Shown in pieces: positions 1 through 12,907 of a stretch of DNA of 64,000 bases. The notes under the pieces were generated by a model that searched no databases, was not told where the DNA came from, and saw nothing but the letters and a program-made list of their open reading frames with translations. A program made the position numbers and the translations under genes. How positions within the stretch are numbered: the first letter of the stretch is position 1; the number at the start of each line of letters is the position of its first letter. Source of the DNA: Selaginella moellendorffii (taxonomy: Eukaryota > Plantae > Lycopodiophyta); contig NW_003314316.1 of the NCBI RefSeq assembly GCF_000143415.4, forward strand, positions 577,220 to 641,219. Reading direction: 5' to 3'.

Positions 1-305
1 TGAAGGAGAAAATATTTTTTGTGAGGTACCTTGACCGGGACCCCATTTTCGCCCTCGGAAGTTGTTTGTACAGTAGAATGCACACAGATAGAAACCGCCG
101 GCATTCGGCGGTCCGGGAGCTGTAGAAATCACGAGAAATATTCAGAGGGGCCAATAACCCAGTCACGACTGGGCTACCTACAGTATTCATCAGTAAGACG
201 TTGCTTTCATTCTTATTTTTCTTATTTGTTTGATCGATCTTATAGTGTACAGAGTATCTTATCTGTGAGCTTTAAGCAGATGTTTGTTTATAAGTTTTTG
301 ATCGA

Positions 306-1733
306 TCAGAGGGGAGATCTATGCGGAACTCCTTTCCTTCTCTTGGCACTCCTGGAGGAGCACCTCCTGGGGGGTGTTTGTGGTGAGATGGAATTGATAC
401 TGTTGACAGTTTCTTTTGGTTCGTCCTCAGCAGCAGCAGCAGCAACAGCCATTGGTGACGACATTGAATTGTTAGAAACAGTGCTGCCGTCTGGCGAAAG
501 TTCGTCGTCCTCTTCGATGCTGTTCTGGAGAAGAAGTTGCTGCTCGTGTTCCTGTTCATCACGAGCGGAAGGCAATCTGGTAAGTGGTCTTTTACTGGAG
601 GAGCTCCTCGTTTTTCTCTTTTGGCCTTGAGCCGTGGTCGCTTGTCTTTGCTGTTGTTGGCTCGCTTGCGGCTTGCTAACAATGTCGTTTGCGCTTTTGT
701 AGTGCCTCTGGATCCACTCCAACTAGAAGCAAAGGCGGGGAGAGCATCAGCGGAATAACCGATGAGATGAAGAACAGGGAAACGTAGTACCTTGCAGCCG
801 AGCGAGCAAAACTTGAAGGTATCGAGCAAGCTTCGATCGCAAATCTCACATGTGTTTGTGACTCCCTTTGCGTGGCGTGGCTGCGGCCGCTGGTTGAGGA
901 AGACAACGCGAGCGCTGTTGATAATGTAGGATTGGACACCGCTCAAGTCGAGACACTTTTGGATCTCCGACACGCGAATTACGTCGTGGTACGATGACCT
1001 CCGGATCTGCATGGCAGCGAAAAGAAGCAAAAAAAAAGAGGAGAGAGTTTTGATCGCGAGCTTTATAAAGTTTGCAAAGAAAGAAGCAAGGAAACGAAGA
1101 AACGCTGTGCAACAAAGCTATGGAAGAACTGAAACGAAGCTATGGAAGAATTGAAAAGCAAAGAAGCGATGTAACGAAGCTATGGAAGAATTGAAGGGAT
1201 TAGAAGGAAAGATTGATCATGGCTTGTTCCAATTGGAATCAAGATGAGAGCTCTTCACTTTGTTCGTTTATCAGCACTCATCATCTCATTGTTTTGATCG
1301 CGCGATCAAAAAGGGAATTTTGGAATTCCGGAACTCAAATCGTGGTTGGGAGTGAAATTGCGATCAATGCAGGCTGTTCTATGTGCGCTAAGCAGCGGCG
1401 AGAAAACCCACGAGCGCGATTTTGCTAAGCAAATCCCAGGATCACGTAAAAAGCACCAAGAACACCAAGAACAGGGGGAGGACACGTTTCTGGGCATTCA
1501 AATGGAGGGAGGAGGAATTTTCTTACCTGGACGATTCGGTGAGCTCGATGGTAGGACGTGCAAGCGGAGCAGAGTGGATTCTTGGCGCAGTCGAGGCAGA
1601 AGAGATTGCACTCGCATTTGCTCGATTCGGCGGAGCTGTGGATCGAGCAGGGCTCGAAGAAGGCCGCTTGGAGCAGTGGTTTGAGCCAAGCCGGACCCAT
1701 CAAATCGCTGGGCGCTACAGCAACGCTGCCCAT
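306..1733 (-). CDS. PLATZ: PLATZ zinc-dependent transcription factor, 3 exons (1733-1527, 1006-791, 722-306), ~279 aa
   Basis: PAWLKPLL...FF..C..H...ECNLFCLDC...CSAC...H..H..VQ|[12 protein letters not shown]...[18 protein letters not shown]...[20 protein letters not shown], and C-terminal [16 protein letters not shown] introns keep the frame (840 nt total). Confidence 0.93.
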
Positions 1734-2662
1734 TGCTGTCAATCCCCTGGAGAAAAAAAAAAACACAAGGAAATTTCTTAGAAAATGATCAATCGATCAC
1801 AAAACGATGAGATCGTCGAGGGAGTAGACCAAAGAAGAAGGAAAATTCCAAGCAAAGAGAAGCGCCATCGATTTGATCCTCACGTTTTTTTGTTCCTTGA
1901 CAAGAAGAGTGTGATCGTTTCCTTTTTCAAGGGGCGATTCGCGCGCTAGTACGCATTGCAATCGGATCTCCGGAGCTCCTCGCCAAGAAGCCGCGATGAG
2001 AAGAAAAAAGAATTCGCGCGACCGCGCAAGAATTTATACGCAAAAACAAGACGGGCGATCGAAGCGATTCGAATTCCAGCGATCAGAAACGATGGATCGA
2101 TCGATCGACGGGGAAAGAAGAGGAAGAAGAAAGGGAAGAGAAGAAGGCAAACATTTGAGAACAAGATTGATAGAAATTAATATCACACAAGACACACCCA
2201 CACAGCACACACATTACATGTTGCCTTGCATCAAGGCCGGCTTGGGGCCGCCGATGCCGTCCATTCGCTTCATCCGACGGCCGCCAACGCCTCGGAATTG
2301 CCACCGCGCTTCCCTTCCTCAGAAACACCGTTGGATTCTAGCGGCCATCCGACGGCCCACAGCGAAGAGACCGCCTGGCCGTCCGATGCCGCATCCGACG
2401 GCTGGCGATCAACAAGACGCGCGCGTTTGAATGAACGCCCGTTTGGCTTCGTCTTCTTTGTCCATAAGCTCTTTTCGTTTTCCCTAACCCTAAATACAGA
2501 GTAAGCGATCGCATTCCCAGGGAATTCTCGATCGATCGACCTTTTTGACGGAACATGCTTATATTAGATTCTATTAGGGCTGATAAAACTTGGAGAATAT
2601 ACAAAGCATCTTTTATTTTAGGGTTTTGTCCCCCGCGAGCGAGGGAGGGCATTCTTGGAGCC

Positions 2663-3181
2663 ATGGCGGCGGCGGCGCCTCTGGATTTTCGATTCCTCGA
2701 CGAGGGGCTAGGCGGCGCCAAGAACAAGAAGCGCAAGCGCGATGCAGATCAGGCGGCGATGGATGTGGAGGAGCAGCGGCAGGAGGAGAAGCGGCAGGCG
2801 ATGGATGAGGGAGATTCCAGGCCCGTCTACGGTAAGCCGAGCTATGACGGCGTGATCGCGGGGAAGGTGTCGGGGCGCAAGTGGAAGGAGGTGAAGACGT
2901 GCCGCGCGTCGGCGCTGCGGGTGAGCGTCAAGGGCAGCAGCCTGGAGGAGCGCGCCAAGGCCAAGCGCATCGCGGCGGAGTTCCGGGAGCGCAAGCAGCA
3001 GCTCAAGGAGCAAATCCGGGCCAACAAGGTGGAGAAGCGAAAGAGGCTGGAGGAGTACAAGAAGAGGAAGGAGGAAAACGTGAAGAAGTCGGGGTTGAAG
3101 CTCCAGAAGGTGACCAACCTCAAGAAACTCCAGAAAATGTCCAAGAAGGAAAAGAAGAAATTGGTGACCGTGGCAGAGTAG
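2663..3181 (+). CDS. CCDC86/Cgr1-like basic coiled-coil protein (putative rRNA processing), single exon, 172 aa
   Basis: FLDEGLGG..NKKRKR and YGKPSYDGVIAGKVSGRKWK motifs followed by a Lys/Glu/Arg-rich coiled coil. Start placed at the ATG in GCCATGG context. Confidence 0.75.
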   Translation: MAAAAPLDFRFLDEGLGGAKNKKRKRDADQAAMDVEEQRQEEKRQAMDEGDSRPVYGKPSYDGVIAGKVSGRKWKEVKTCRASALRVSVKGSSLEERAKAKRIAAEFRERKQQLKEQIRANKVEKRKRLEEYKKRKEENVKKSGLKLQKVTNLKKLQKMSKKEKKKLVTVAE

Positions 3182-4036
3182 TAGTTTGGTGGCACAGCAC
3201 GGCAATTAAAGGTGGCAGTGTGTCGCTGAAGAGCACAGATCTGGCAGCTGCGAATCGCGAGATCTGCGAGAGAAAGTAAGTGCTAGACTCGATTGTTAGA
3301 TCGATCGATAGTTTAAATTTTTTTCTCCTGTTTTTTGTCGCTTTAATTCCTTGCTGTTGGCTGAGAAGGACCAGAGATTATCGCCGGGCTCTTCTCTCAG
3401 ACCGATCAGGGAAAAAGAAAGCAGAGAAAGAAAAAACAATTCTAGCGGACGTTGCAGTAGATGGAAGGCCCAGCTACTCATTCAAGTGAGCTACAGTGGT
3501 GTTGATTTCCTCAACGTTTACGAACAGCTCTTCTCCACTCGCTACTTGACTTTCGGCCTGCTCGATTTGGCTCGGCTCGGCTGCTTTAAAGGTTCCTACT
3601 GGTTTCCTTGGACTGTTTCGGATTGGATTGGATTGGACGGACGGACATCCACTCCCTAGAGTGTTGGAACCCGAGAGCAAGTCGAGAACGTTGGACAAGC
3701 AAGAAACCTTACATCCGGTTAGAAGCAAGCAGGAAAGCAACGAGGCAACGAGAGACAAATTCGTCAACTTTTCATTAGATGTACACAGTAATTAGCAGCC
3801 AGCAGCAGCAGCCGCCACAGCAGTGGCAGCAGCAGCAGCAGCACAGGGAAGAAGGAAAAAAAACTAGAAGAGCTGGATGATGTCGAAAAAAATGGACGAA
3901 CCGGCAAGAGACCTCGGAAACTTTGAACGTCCCTCGCCGCGTTCTGAGAAAAAGGAAGAAGCTGAAAAGAAACAAGGAACAGGAAGTGTGTGCTCGCTCG
4001 CTCGCTCGTTTGATCGGGCTAGCGAGTTAGCGTAGC

Positions 4037-6223
4037 TCAAAAACTGGGCGTTCCGGACCAGCCATCGACACACTTCAACAAGGGAGCAACAAGCTTCCCC
4101 TGGCAGATGGCATCGTAGACTTTGGTGAAGTCCTCGCCTGGCGTTCCACTCTTGGTCCCCATGAGCAGCGCAGTTCCAGCACCTTTCCTCACAAACTCAT
4201 ACAGCGGCGCCGAGGCACAGTCGAAGATCCGGTTTGGCAGCACCGCGTTACCGCTCTCGTACGCCTCCCTGGCCGCCGGGACCTCGACACTCAACGCCGC
4301 CTTGAGCTCCTCCTCGAACAGCCCGATCTTGTGCAACACCGAGGAGCTCGTCTCCTTCTCGTCCCCGATGTTCTTCAGGGCGTGCTCGACGAGAACCTGG
4401 CGGAGCTTCTGCATGAGCGGGTATCCAGCGCTGGCCGGATCATCGATGTAGGTGAAGACGTGCTGGTTGTCCACCACGGACAGGAGCTCCTTCTCGCAGA
4501 AGCGCGACGGCAGCAGCGCTCCGGCAGCCCCGGTGGTGAGCGTCTTCTTAACGGCGTGAGAGACGGTCTGCTTCACGGTGGCTTGCAAGTTCTCCTCGAG
4601 GTGGCGGAGGTCGATGGCCTGGCACAGCGCCACCAGATACGTCGAAGACATGAGCTTGAGGATGTCGAGAGCCTCGACGGTCTTGCGAGCGGAGACGAGG
4701 CCGAGAGAGTTCACGTCCTGGTTGTGCTGCTCGGCGCTCTGGACGTGGGTGGTGACCGGGTTGGCCAGGTACTGGAGCTCCGAGGTGTACGAGGCCATGG
4801 CGATCTCGGCACCTTTGAAACCATAGTCCAAGCTCGGGTTGGATCCGCCGCTCAAGTTGGAAGGCAGGCCGTTGTTGTAGAAGTCATTGACGAGCTCCGA
4901 GAACTGCGCGAACATGAGCTTCCCGATGGCCGCCACCGCCAGGCGCAAGTTATCCATGGACACACCGATGGGCGTCCCCTGGAAGTTGCCGCCGTGGAGG
5001 GCCTTGTCGCGAGCAACGTCGATGATCGGGTTGTCATTCACGGAGTTGATCTCGCGCTGGATGGAGTGAGTGGCGTGGCGGATGACTTCGATCTGGGGGC
5101 CGAGCCACTGCGGGGAGGTGCGCAGCGCGTAGCGGTCCTGCTTGGGCTTCTTGAGGGGGTCGGTCTCGTGGAGCTTGGCGGCGGCCTTCATGTAGGAGCT
5201 CCCGGCGAGGACGTGCTCCATGATGGCGGCGGCCTCGATCTGGCCGGGGTGGTGCTTGAGCTTGTGCGTCAGCGGATCCGTGAACTCCGGCTTGCCTTGC
5301 ATCGCCTCGCAGAACATCGCGGACAGGATCTCGGCCAGGAGCGCCAGGACGTTGGCGTCGAAGCAGGCGATGGAGGCCACCGCCGCGCCAACTGCTGTGC
5401 CGTTGACGATGGCGAGGCCTTCCTTGGGCTGGAGCTCGAACGGCTGCTCCACGCCGACGAGCTTGAGCGCCTCGGCGCTGGTGACGACCTTCCCATCCGG
5501 CAAGACGGCGCGCGCGTTGGATCGGCCGGTGAGCAGCCCGGCAATGTAGCTGAGAGGAACGAGATCGCCCGAGGCAGTGATCGTCCCGCGGAGTGGGATC
5601 CGCGCCACGATGCCCGAGTTGACGAGCTTCTCCATGGCGGACAGTATCTCCCACCGGATGCCCGAGTAGCCCTGGAGGAGCGTGTTGGTGCGCACCAGCA
5701 TCGCGGCGCGCGCGAAGGCCAGCGGGAGAACGTTGGTCGAATCGTCCTCGCTGAAGATCCCGGCGTTGAGGAAGCGGATGAGCTCGCGCTGGAGCTCCAC
5801 GCCCTGGTTGGTCCGGCGGTGGGAGGTGGCGCCGAATCCAGTCGTGACGCCGTAGGTGTCGGTCCCCTTCATCGCATTGTCGAGCACCCAGTTGGAGCTC
5901 TCGTCCACCCTCTTCTTGGCAGCGGCGGAATCCAAGCGTACCTGGGCTGCGGCGCCGCGCTTGGCCACCGCCGCCACCTGGGCGATGGTGAGCGTGGTGC
6001 CCTCGATCGGGAAGCTGGGCTTGGCGGCGCCGTAGACGGTGTGGACCATCTCGCGGACCTCCTCGAGGTGGCTACCAGACATCGCCGCCGCGGCCTTCTT
6101 CCAGCTGAGGGGATCGGAGGTGTCGTAGCGCGGAGTGGAATTGGGGAGGCAGAGCGTGGGATCTGGCGACACCCGGACGAGCGGCGAGTAGGAGGAGGTT
6201 GTGTCGCTGCCGTTGGCCACCAT
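4037..6223 (-). CDS. PAL: Phenylalanine ammonia-lyase, intronless, ~728 aa
   Basis: MIO-forming [17 protein letters not shown]; [15 protein letters not shown]; ELIRFLNAG (Phe at the substrate-switch position, so PAL rather than PTAL); [15 protein letters not shown]; HGGNFQGTP; [12 protein letters not shown]. Uninterrupted ORF. Confidence 0.97.
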   Translation of the reverse strand: MVANGSDTTSSYSPLVRVSPDPTLCLPNSTPRYDTSDPLSWKKAAAAMSGSHLEEVREMVHTVYGAAKPSFPIEGTTLTIAQVAAVAKRGAAAQVRLDSAAAKKRVDESSNWVLDNAMKGTDTYGVTTGFGATSHRRTNQGVELQRELIRFLNAGIFSEDDSTNVLPLAFARAAMLVRTNTLLQGYSGIRWEILSAMEKLVNSGIVARIPLRGTITASGDLVPLSYIAGLLTGRSNARAVLPDGKVVTSAEALKLVGVEQPFELQPKEGLAIVNGTAVGAAVASIACFDANVLALLAEILSAMFCEAMQGKPEFTDPLTHKLKHHPGQIEAAAIMEHVLAGSSYMKAAAKLHETDPLKKPKQDRYALRTSPQWLGPQIEVIRHATHSIQREINSVNDNPIIDVARDKALHGGNFQGTPIGVSMDNLRLAVAAIGKLMFAQFSELVNDFYNNGLPSNLSGGSNPSLDYGFKGAEIAMASYTSELQYLANPVTTHVQSAEQHNQDVNSLGLVSARKTVEALDILKLMSSTYLVALCQAIDLRHLEENLQATVKQTVSHAVKKTLTTGAAGALLPSRFCEKELLSVVDNQHVFTYIDDPASAGYPLMQKLRQVLVEHALKNIGDEKETSSSVLHKIGLFEEELKAALSVEVPAAREAYESGNAVLPNRIFDCASAPLYEFVRKGAGTALLMGTKSGTPGEDFTKVYDAICQGKLVAPLLKCVDGWSGTPSF

Positions 6224-6529
6224 TTTCGCTTCTTCCCTGTGAGCTTCTCCTGGATCGATCGATTGAGGGAGGATTTGTCTAGCTCCTGCAGCAGGGGAGG
6301 AATGAAAAGCCCAAATTGAGAGCGCCGCTAAATCGAGCTCCTGCCAATGCACAAGACGAGGATGCGTGCAATCGATTGCCCGGCCTTGCCCTGTTCTCCG
6401 ATCGTATCGCCCCTCTTTGCTCGGATCAAATCGAATGTTTGCGCTCTTCTTTGTGTGTTCTTCCTCTTCTTTTGTGCGTTGGAAAAAGAGAGAAGAGAGA
6501 ACACTGATCTATGCCAGCGTTTGAACTAC

Positions 6530-7071
6530 CCTTTATACCCGCGCTGCCGCCCTCGGATGAGGGCCCATCCGACGGCTGCACGGTTATGGGCATGGGCATG
6601 GCCATGGCCATGATGGCATGACGTGGCAGACCGGATGCTCTAAGAATATTCCGGGCCGCGTGGGCGAATGGTCACCAACCTACGGCGGAGATGACCGGGC
6701 AGTCAAGCAAGCGCTGCGCGCCGCGCGTTCGATGCGGTCCATGCTGGGCACTTCCACTGCTAGTTCGCTGTAGGGAAATAAAACACATGGGCCAGTCAAC
6801 GGTAGAACCCGCACCACTTCCGTACGAGCTGTGGGAATTGTTTTATTGGGTTTAGAGCCTAAATTAGCATTACCACCTTATCAAAGTAGCATTTAAGGAA
6901 TTATGCAAACAATGGTAAAATGCACCTTTTGAAGAAGAGTATAAAGTAAAAGCAAATGAGATTTAAATATGGTGGTGTGAAGGTGGTATAAGTTATGTAC
7001 CGTAACTTGAGTCTTAATTGAGGTGGGGGGAAGTTAGGATATTCTAATGGGGACATCCCTATCTACCAACC
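6530..7071 (-). promoter_or_regulatory. Putative PAL promoter: TATA-like TATAAA (~6532-6537, minus strand), AC-element-like CACCAACC (~6673) and CTACCAACC (~7063), ACGTGGC G-box-like (~6621)
   Basis: Motifs seen upstream of the PAL ATG; AC elements are established MYB sites in PAL promoters. Short motifs, so chance matches are possible. Confidence 0.4.
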
Positions 7072-7334
7072 GCGGCGTCCAGGTGGACGGCCGGATTGTC
7101 AAGCCCGCGTGGCGGACGGGTGGATGGACTTGACCCGCCGGCAAAGCCCTACCTGCCGGTCAATGCGTGGCATGGGGGGCATGGGGGCATGGGGCCATGG
7201 GGGGCATGCTGGGTCATGGTGACGTGGAGCCCTAAAAGGTCGATGCGAGGTGACGTGGGCAAAGCACCACCTTTGTATGTGTTGTATGATTCTCTTCCAC
7301 GTCGCCCTGTTAATATCTTTTTTCTCGACTTTCT

Positions 7335-7358
7335 TGTGTGTGTGTGTGTGTGTGTGTG
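7335..7358. repeat. (TG)n microsatellite
   Basis: Perfect TG dinucleotide run. Confidence 0.9.
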
Positions 7359-8503
7359 CGTGGGGTTGTTACGTGCTGCGTACAGAGACCAGCCATCTCC
7401 CCAGTTTTTTGTTTGCCCTAGAGTTATTTCTCTCTCCCCTCGCGTCGCTCCAGTCCAGGGGAATCTGCAACACACCACATGCCCAGGTTGGCGAAATCGA
7501 TTCCGACACGATCCTTCTCGAGCGGCTCGAAACTTTCCGCGAACCCTAAGCTCCTAACCATTGGTCGTGATTTTCAGATCCAGCTAACCCTGCAAGAAGA
7601 CATTAAATAGCAAGGCACGAAGGCAACACGGTACGGGAGGCAAACGCCAGAAACCTTACAAAAAGAGCGATTATTACGATCGATGTGGCCAAAATTGAAC
7701 ACGACTCTCGATCCAACGGACAGTCGAAAGAGGGTAACGTGAACAACGTGGGATGCCTCTCATGCACACATTCTTCTCGTTGTCTCGTTTGTCCGGCTGT
7801 ATCGCCCATCTCATCACTCTAGATCAGTCAGGGCCGTAAATCAAGTGAAAGGTAGCGCAACAAAGAAAACCTCGTTGATCTACTTGTCGAACCCTTAGAA
7901 AAATCATACATAGACTTTAATAGTATAAATTCGTTGAAAGTGGATGTTCACTTGTTTGACCGGTCAGCCTCTCGTGCAGGGAATTCGCAGACTTGGGTAG
8001 ATAGATAGATGGATAGATAGACGCAGGACTTCGTAAGAGATTAACGGATTTGCGTGGCAATCTTTTTGCCCGGAGACAACAACAAGAGTGGTGTGGGCGC
8101 ACCCAAGAAAGCTTTGCTCTCCTTTTCTGGGTTTTCTGCCTTTATCAGCAAAAGGAATGGTAAACGTTTAAAAAAAAAAAAGACGCTATTTGTGTGTGTC
8201 TCTTTCAAGTGGCATTTGTTTTACACGACACACTAGAAAGTGAAATCTTGTGCTGTGCTGATGATAGCCCACACCATCTTTTATGAATCCACCCCAAAGC
8301 AAAAATCTAGATAGTGACAATCAAGTGCAGGATACCTACCCTTCAAGGGCGTCCTGTGGAATCTAACAACCTCCGCAGACGATTCGTCAGGCTCAAGATT
8401 GTGATTCGGCGGTAAAAAGCATAGTAAATCCTCCACCAGCTTTTCAAAGGACATAATACCGGCACTGGGAATCTTGTCCCGTCAAACGTAGGTCTTTGAT
8501 TCC

Positions 8504-9800
8504 ATGCCAGATCAGAGCCTAGCATCCTGGAATTCCTTGCTGGCAAACATGGCATCTTGTTCCTCTTTCGACGACACAAAGATGGTGTTTGACTCCATGA
8601 AGAGAAGGAATCTTTTCTCTTGGACGGTGATGCTAACGGGCTATGCCAGAACTGGGGATCTGGAGGGCATGAACGCTTTATTTGGTGCTATGCCCGAGAG
8701 GAATCTCGTGTCGTGGACGGTCGCGATTAGTGGGTTTGGTTCCAAGGGCAAGATCCAGCAAGCAAAGAGTCTGTTTGACTCGATGCTAGAGTGGAATCTC
8801 GTCGCCATAAATGGGCATTTCTCCAGAAGGAAGGCTATCTCGCGAGCTTACGCTCAGGAATCAACGATGGTAGCGGCATTTGGCCAGGATCCTCTTCTTC
8901 TGGGCGAAACGAGAGATCTCTTTGATCGCATGCCGGAGCACAACATTGTGTCATGGCCAGTGATGCCGACGTCATACGGTCGCGCTGGACACGTCACTCA
9001 AGCACAGGGCATCTTTCATCAAATGCCTGGACGAGACCTGGCAGCGTGGAATGCCATGCTGGCAGCATTTCCAAGATGGGCAAATCTTACACGTAATTAA
9101 CTTGTTTGGGCAAATGCCTGTATATGACGAAGGATCCATGTCAGTCATGGTAGACACGCTGGCACGGTATGGGAAGCTTGAGGAAGCAAAATAAATATTT
9201 GATCAAGTCCGCGGCTGGTGCATCTCCGCTTGGACGTCGATGAGTTTTGCATATACCTCGTTCGGGTATTTTGAAGAAGCAGAGTTATACAATGCCCATA
9301 GCCCAAAACGCGTTTATATCATCTTTAGCACTTAATCGTAAACTTTCTAGTGAAGTTGGTGTTTTCTACAGGGCTAACCAGAGAACATAACAACTTGGAA
9401 CACCGTTCTTTCTGCATTTGCCCGTGATGGGCATCTGCAAAAATCTGAAAACATTTTCCGATCGATGCCGGAGCGCGATCTCGTGAGCTGGAATTCAGTG
9501 CTGGCGGCATATGCGGGGCAAGGTAAGCCAGCCCAAGCGATCGGATTCTTCTACAAGCTTCAGCAGCAGTGGATCCCGAGCGCAATCAGCGTTGTTTGCT
9601 TCTTGGTTGCCTGCAGCCGGGCGGGGAACTGCGCACTGGGCATCTCTTGCTTCAGATCCATGACACGCGACTTCGGATTGGAGGCAACCAAGCTGGGCAC
9701 TACAGCTGCGTGATCGATCTCCTGTGCCGGGCAGTCGTTTTGGCGAATGCCCAAGCCGTGATTGCTGAAATGCCCAGTGTTCCTGATCTTGTCGATTGGT
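8504..9800 (+). pseudogene. PLS-class pentatricopeptide repeat (PPR) pseudogene
   Basis: Repeated FD.MPERNLVSW..M...Y motifs and the E-domain-proximal HYSCVIDLLCRA motif, broken by several frameshifts and stops. Confidence 0.85.
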
Positions 9801-9993
9801 GCTCGCGTTTTGTTCCAGTGACAAAAGCGTTGAACAAGGAAGAGTGTGTGCCATGTCTGTTCTGGAGATGGAACCAAACAACGCTGCTGCTTACGTCTCG
9901 TTGTCACAAACATTGATCTAAACTCCCGCCAAGATTTAAACTTTGGGCTGACGTGGCGCTCATTTATTGGTGGAAGGAACCCTAGAAAGGGAT

Positions 9994-11850
9994 CACTGGA
10001 ATTCGCGGCCGGATGTGCGCAAGATCCCAGGAGCAGCAAGGAGAAGGAGCAAGAACTCCTTCCTCCATGGCCGTCAACAATGCATTGCTGGAAAAGGTGT
10101 TGTCGTCATCGCCATCGTCTTCTTCGTCGGCTTCCGGTGGTGGTGGGAATGACGGTGGAAGGGACTCCGGGGAAAGCTCCGGGGGCATGATTCCTGTGGA
10201 GCCACCGTCACCTCCCATTCCACCAGACACCCACGTCACGCGCTCACTCAAGAAATCGTCCAAGCACAACTCTGGATCGAGCTACTCGCTGGGTGACACG
10301 AGCCAGAGATGGGGTGGTTCCAATCTCGGGAGGAATTTGCCTTCTCTTCGTGAGATCTGCGAGGAGCTTGACAAGTTCGTCATCGGCCAGGAACGAGCCA
10401 AAAAGGTGTGTGTTCTTGCTTTTATCTTACGTTTAGTTGTTCTTCTCATCCAGGTGTTGTCTGTGGCAGTCTATAATCACTACAAACGGATTTACTTTGA
10501 GAGTTTAAGAAATGAAGCTGCCAAAGCCGCTTCTATGGGAGAGTACACAATATTTTTTCTATTCCTATACCAACAAGTGCTTGCATTGTTTTTCAGATCA
10601 GAGGAATTGCGTAGAGTTGAATGCCAATGCGTCCGGAGACGATGAAGAGCAACGTGCTGTTCCTCGGTCCTACTGGCTCTGGTACCGATGGTTTACGCAA
10701 GATTCCATGCAAGCTCATCTTGATTTTTTGCAGGGAAGACATTGTTAGCTAAGTGCTTGGCAAGTTTGTGAATGTTCCCTTCATAATTGCAGATGCTACG
10801 ACGCTCACACAGGCAAGATTCAATTAACAAATTTTCTAAGATGCAAGTAAGGAAATTTTGTTTGAGCTTGCTTCATTTATAAAGTATTGGCTCCTTCTTA
10901 GGCTGGATATGTTGGAGAAGACGTGGAACCTATCCTTCATAAACTTCTTGTGGTATGTTTGGGGTACTATTCCACCAAACCTGGTTGTAAGCTCTTTGTC
11001 TTTCAGTAGGCGGCCGAGTTCAACGTAAATGCAGCTCAGCCTACATTGACGAAGTCGACAAAATTACCAAAAAGGTACGATCAAAATCCATTTTTCTTTC
11101 TTTCTATCGGCCTGACTTTTCTCCAGTGCAGTCAGAAAGCCTCAACATTGGAAGATGAGCGGTGAAGGTGTTCAACAAGCACTGCTCAAAATTTTGGAAG
11201 GAACTGTAAGGAGCTGAAATACTATTCTCATTGCAAAGACTTCTTGGGTAATCAATTCGTTCAGTGAGTGTGTACAGATTGTTAACGTCCCTGAGAAAGG
11301 AGCTAGGAAGCATCCTCGTAGCGATCACACCCAGGTTTGCTGTGGGGTTCTATCTTTCAGCTTTGATTTATTTAACCATGCCTACTTTCAGATTGATATT
11401 TCAGATTGATACGAAAGAAATCCTTTTTATATTGCGGGGATCTGGAGAAAACGATTGCAGAGAGGTTAGTGGTTGCAAAGACTTTAGTTATCGTTTTTAT
11501 CTAAAGCAATATCCCAGGAGACAAGATTCGTCTATCGGTTTTGGGGCACCAGTGCGAGCCAATATAAGAAACAACGGTGGTACAACCAGTGCCACGGTTG
11601 CTTCATCTTTGCTTGAAAAGGTTTGGTCCACTTTACGGCTTTAAAATTTAGGGATGTCTCTTTTTCCTCTTAAGCAGGTCGAGAGCAGTGACCTTATTTC
11701 ATATGCTAGAGTTTATTGGACGCTTTCCAGTGATTGTGAAGCCTTTCAGCTTTGAACAAGGATCAACTTGTCCAGGTTAATTAAATGACTTATACTTTAC
11801 AGCCTGCGCCTAAGAATGCATTGGGCAAACAAAGAGATGTCTCAAAATTT
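9994..11850 (+). pseudogene. CLPX: ClpX (AAA+ Clp protease subunit) pseudogene copy 1; 5'- and 3'-truncated, intron-containing
   Basis: [54 protein letters not shown]|[15 protein letters not shown]|[34 protein letters not shown]. Deletions and frameshifts relative to copy 2. Confidence 0.88.
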
Positions 11851-11859
11851 TGTTCAAAA

Positions 11860-12296
11860 GAAGTGTGCTCGCTCGCTGGCCCGCTCGTTTGATCGAGAGC
11901 TAGCGAGTTAGCGCAGCTTAAAACTGGGTGTTTCGGACTAGCGATCGAGACAATTCAACAAGGAAGCAACAAGCTTGCCCTGGCAGATGGCATCGTAGAC
12001 TTTGGTAAAGTCCTCGCCGGGCGTTCCACTCTTGGTCCCCATGAGCAGCGCAGTCCCGGCACCTTTCCTCACAAACTCATACAGCGGCGCCGAGGCACAG
12101 TCGAAGATCCGGTTTGGCAGCACCGCGTTACCGCTCTCGTACGCCTCCCTGGCCGCCAGGACCTCGACACTCAACGCCGCCTTGAGCTCCTCCTCGAACA
12201 GCCCGATCTTGTGCAACACCGAGGAGCTCGTCTCCTTCTCGTCCCCGACGTTCTTCAAGGCGTGCTCGACGAGAACCTGGCGGAGCTTCTGCATGA
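11860..12296 (-). pseudogene. PAL: Duplicated 3' fragment of the PAL gene (last ~120 codons plus 3' flank)
   Basis: Near-identical to ~3982-4416; premature TAG at 11938-11940. Confidence 0.92.
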
Positions 12297-12690
12297 CAGG
12301 GCATCCTTCATCAAATGCCTGGACGAGACCTGACAGCGTGGAATGCCATGCTGGCAGCATGCAATTAACACGTAATTAACTTGTTTGGGCAAATGCCTGT
12401 GCATGACGTTGGATCCATGTCAGTCATGGTAGACACGCTGGCAGGAAGCTTGAGGAAGCAAAGGAAATATTTGATCAAGTCCAGGGAACTGCGCACTGGG
12501 CATCTCTTGCTTCAGATCGATGGGATGGGACTTCGGATTGGAGGCAACCAAGCAGCACTACAGCTGCGTGATCGATCTCCTGTGCCGGGCAGTCGTTTTG
12601 GCGAATGCCCAAGCCGTGATTGCTGAAATGCCCACCGTTCCTGATCTTGTAGATTGGCATTGCATGCTCGCCTCGTTGTCACAAACATTG
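12296..12690 (+). pseudogene. Duplicated, internally deleted fragments of the PPR pseudogene
   Basis: Matches ~9005-9210 joined to ~9625-9800. Confidence 0.85.
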
Positions 12691-12907
12691 CGCCAAAATT
12701 TAAAATTAGGGCTTAAAATTTTAAAAGGCCCTAACGTGCAATTATTGGCGGCGGGACTAGCACCGAGGCGATAGCGCGGCGCCTGGGCCTTGGTTCCTGG
12801 TAGGCGATTCGCGGCAATGCAACACCAAAACCCTCACCCCCTCGCTCAAATCGCTGCTCCGGTTTTGTGAGGGCAAGAGCACGCACTGCCGATCGCTGCC
12901 ATGGCAG

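Noticed and set aside
272-1030. 252-aa ORF as a complete gene
   Set aside because: It is PLATZ exon 2 read through an intron into the wrong frame of exon 3.
1115-1200. Three AAGCTATGGAAGAA.TGAA repeats in PLATZ intron 1
   Set aside because: Ordinary short tandem duplication with no sign of function.
4331-6319. 662-aa ORF antisense to PAL
   Set aside because: Shadow of high-GC3 codon usage on the opposite strand; no recognisable motifs.
6587-6626. GGCATG/GCCATG repeats near PAL resembling the transposon motif
   Set aside because: Share only the GGCATG hexamer and lack the 22-bp palindromic spacing.
6865-6995. Possible MITE (TACCACCTT...AAGGTGGTA) in the PAL upstream region
   Set aside because: Inverted match is only ~9-11 bp with no convincing TSD.
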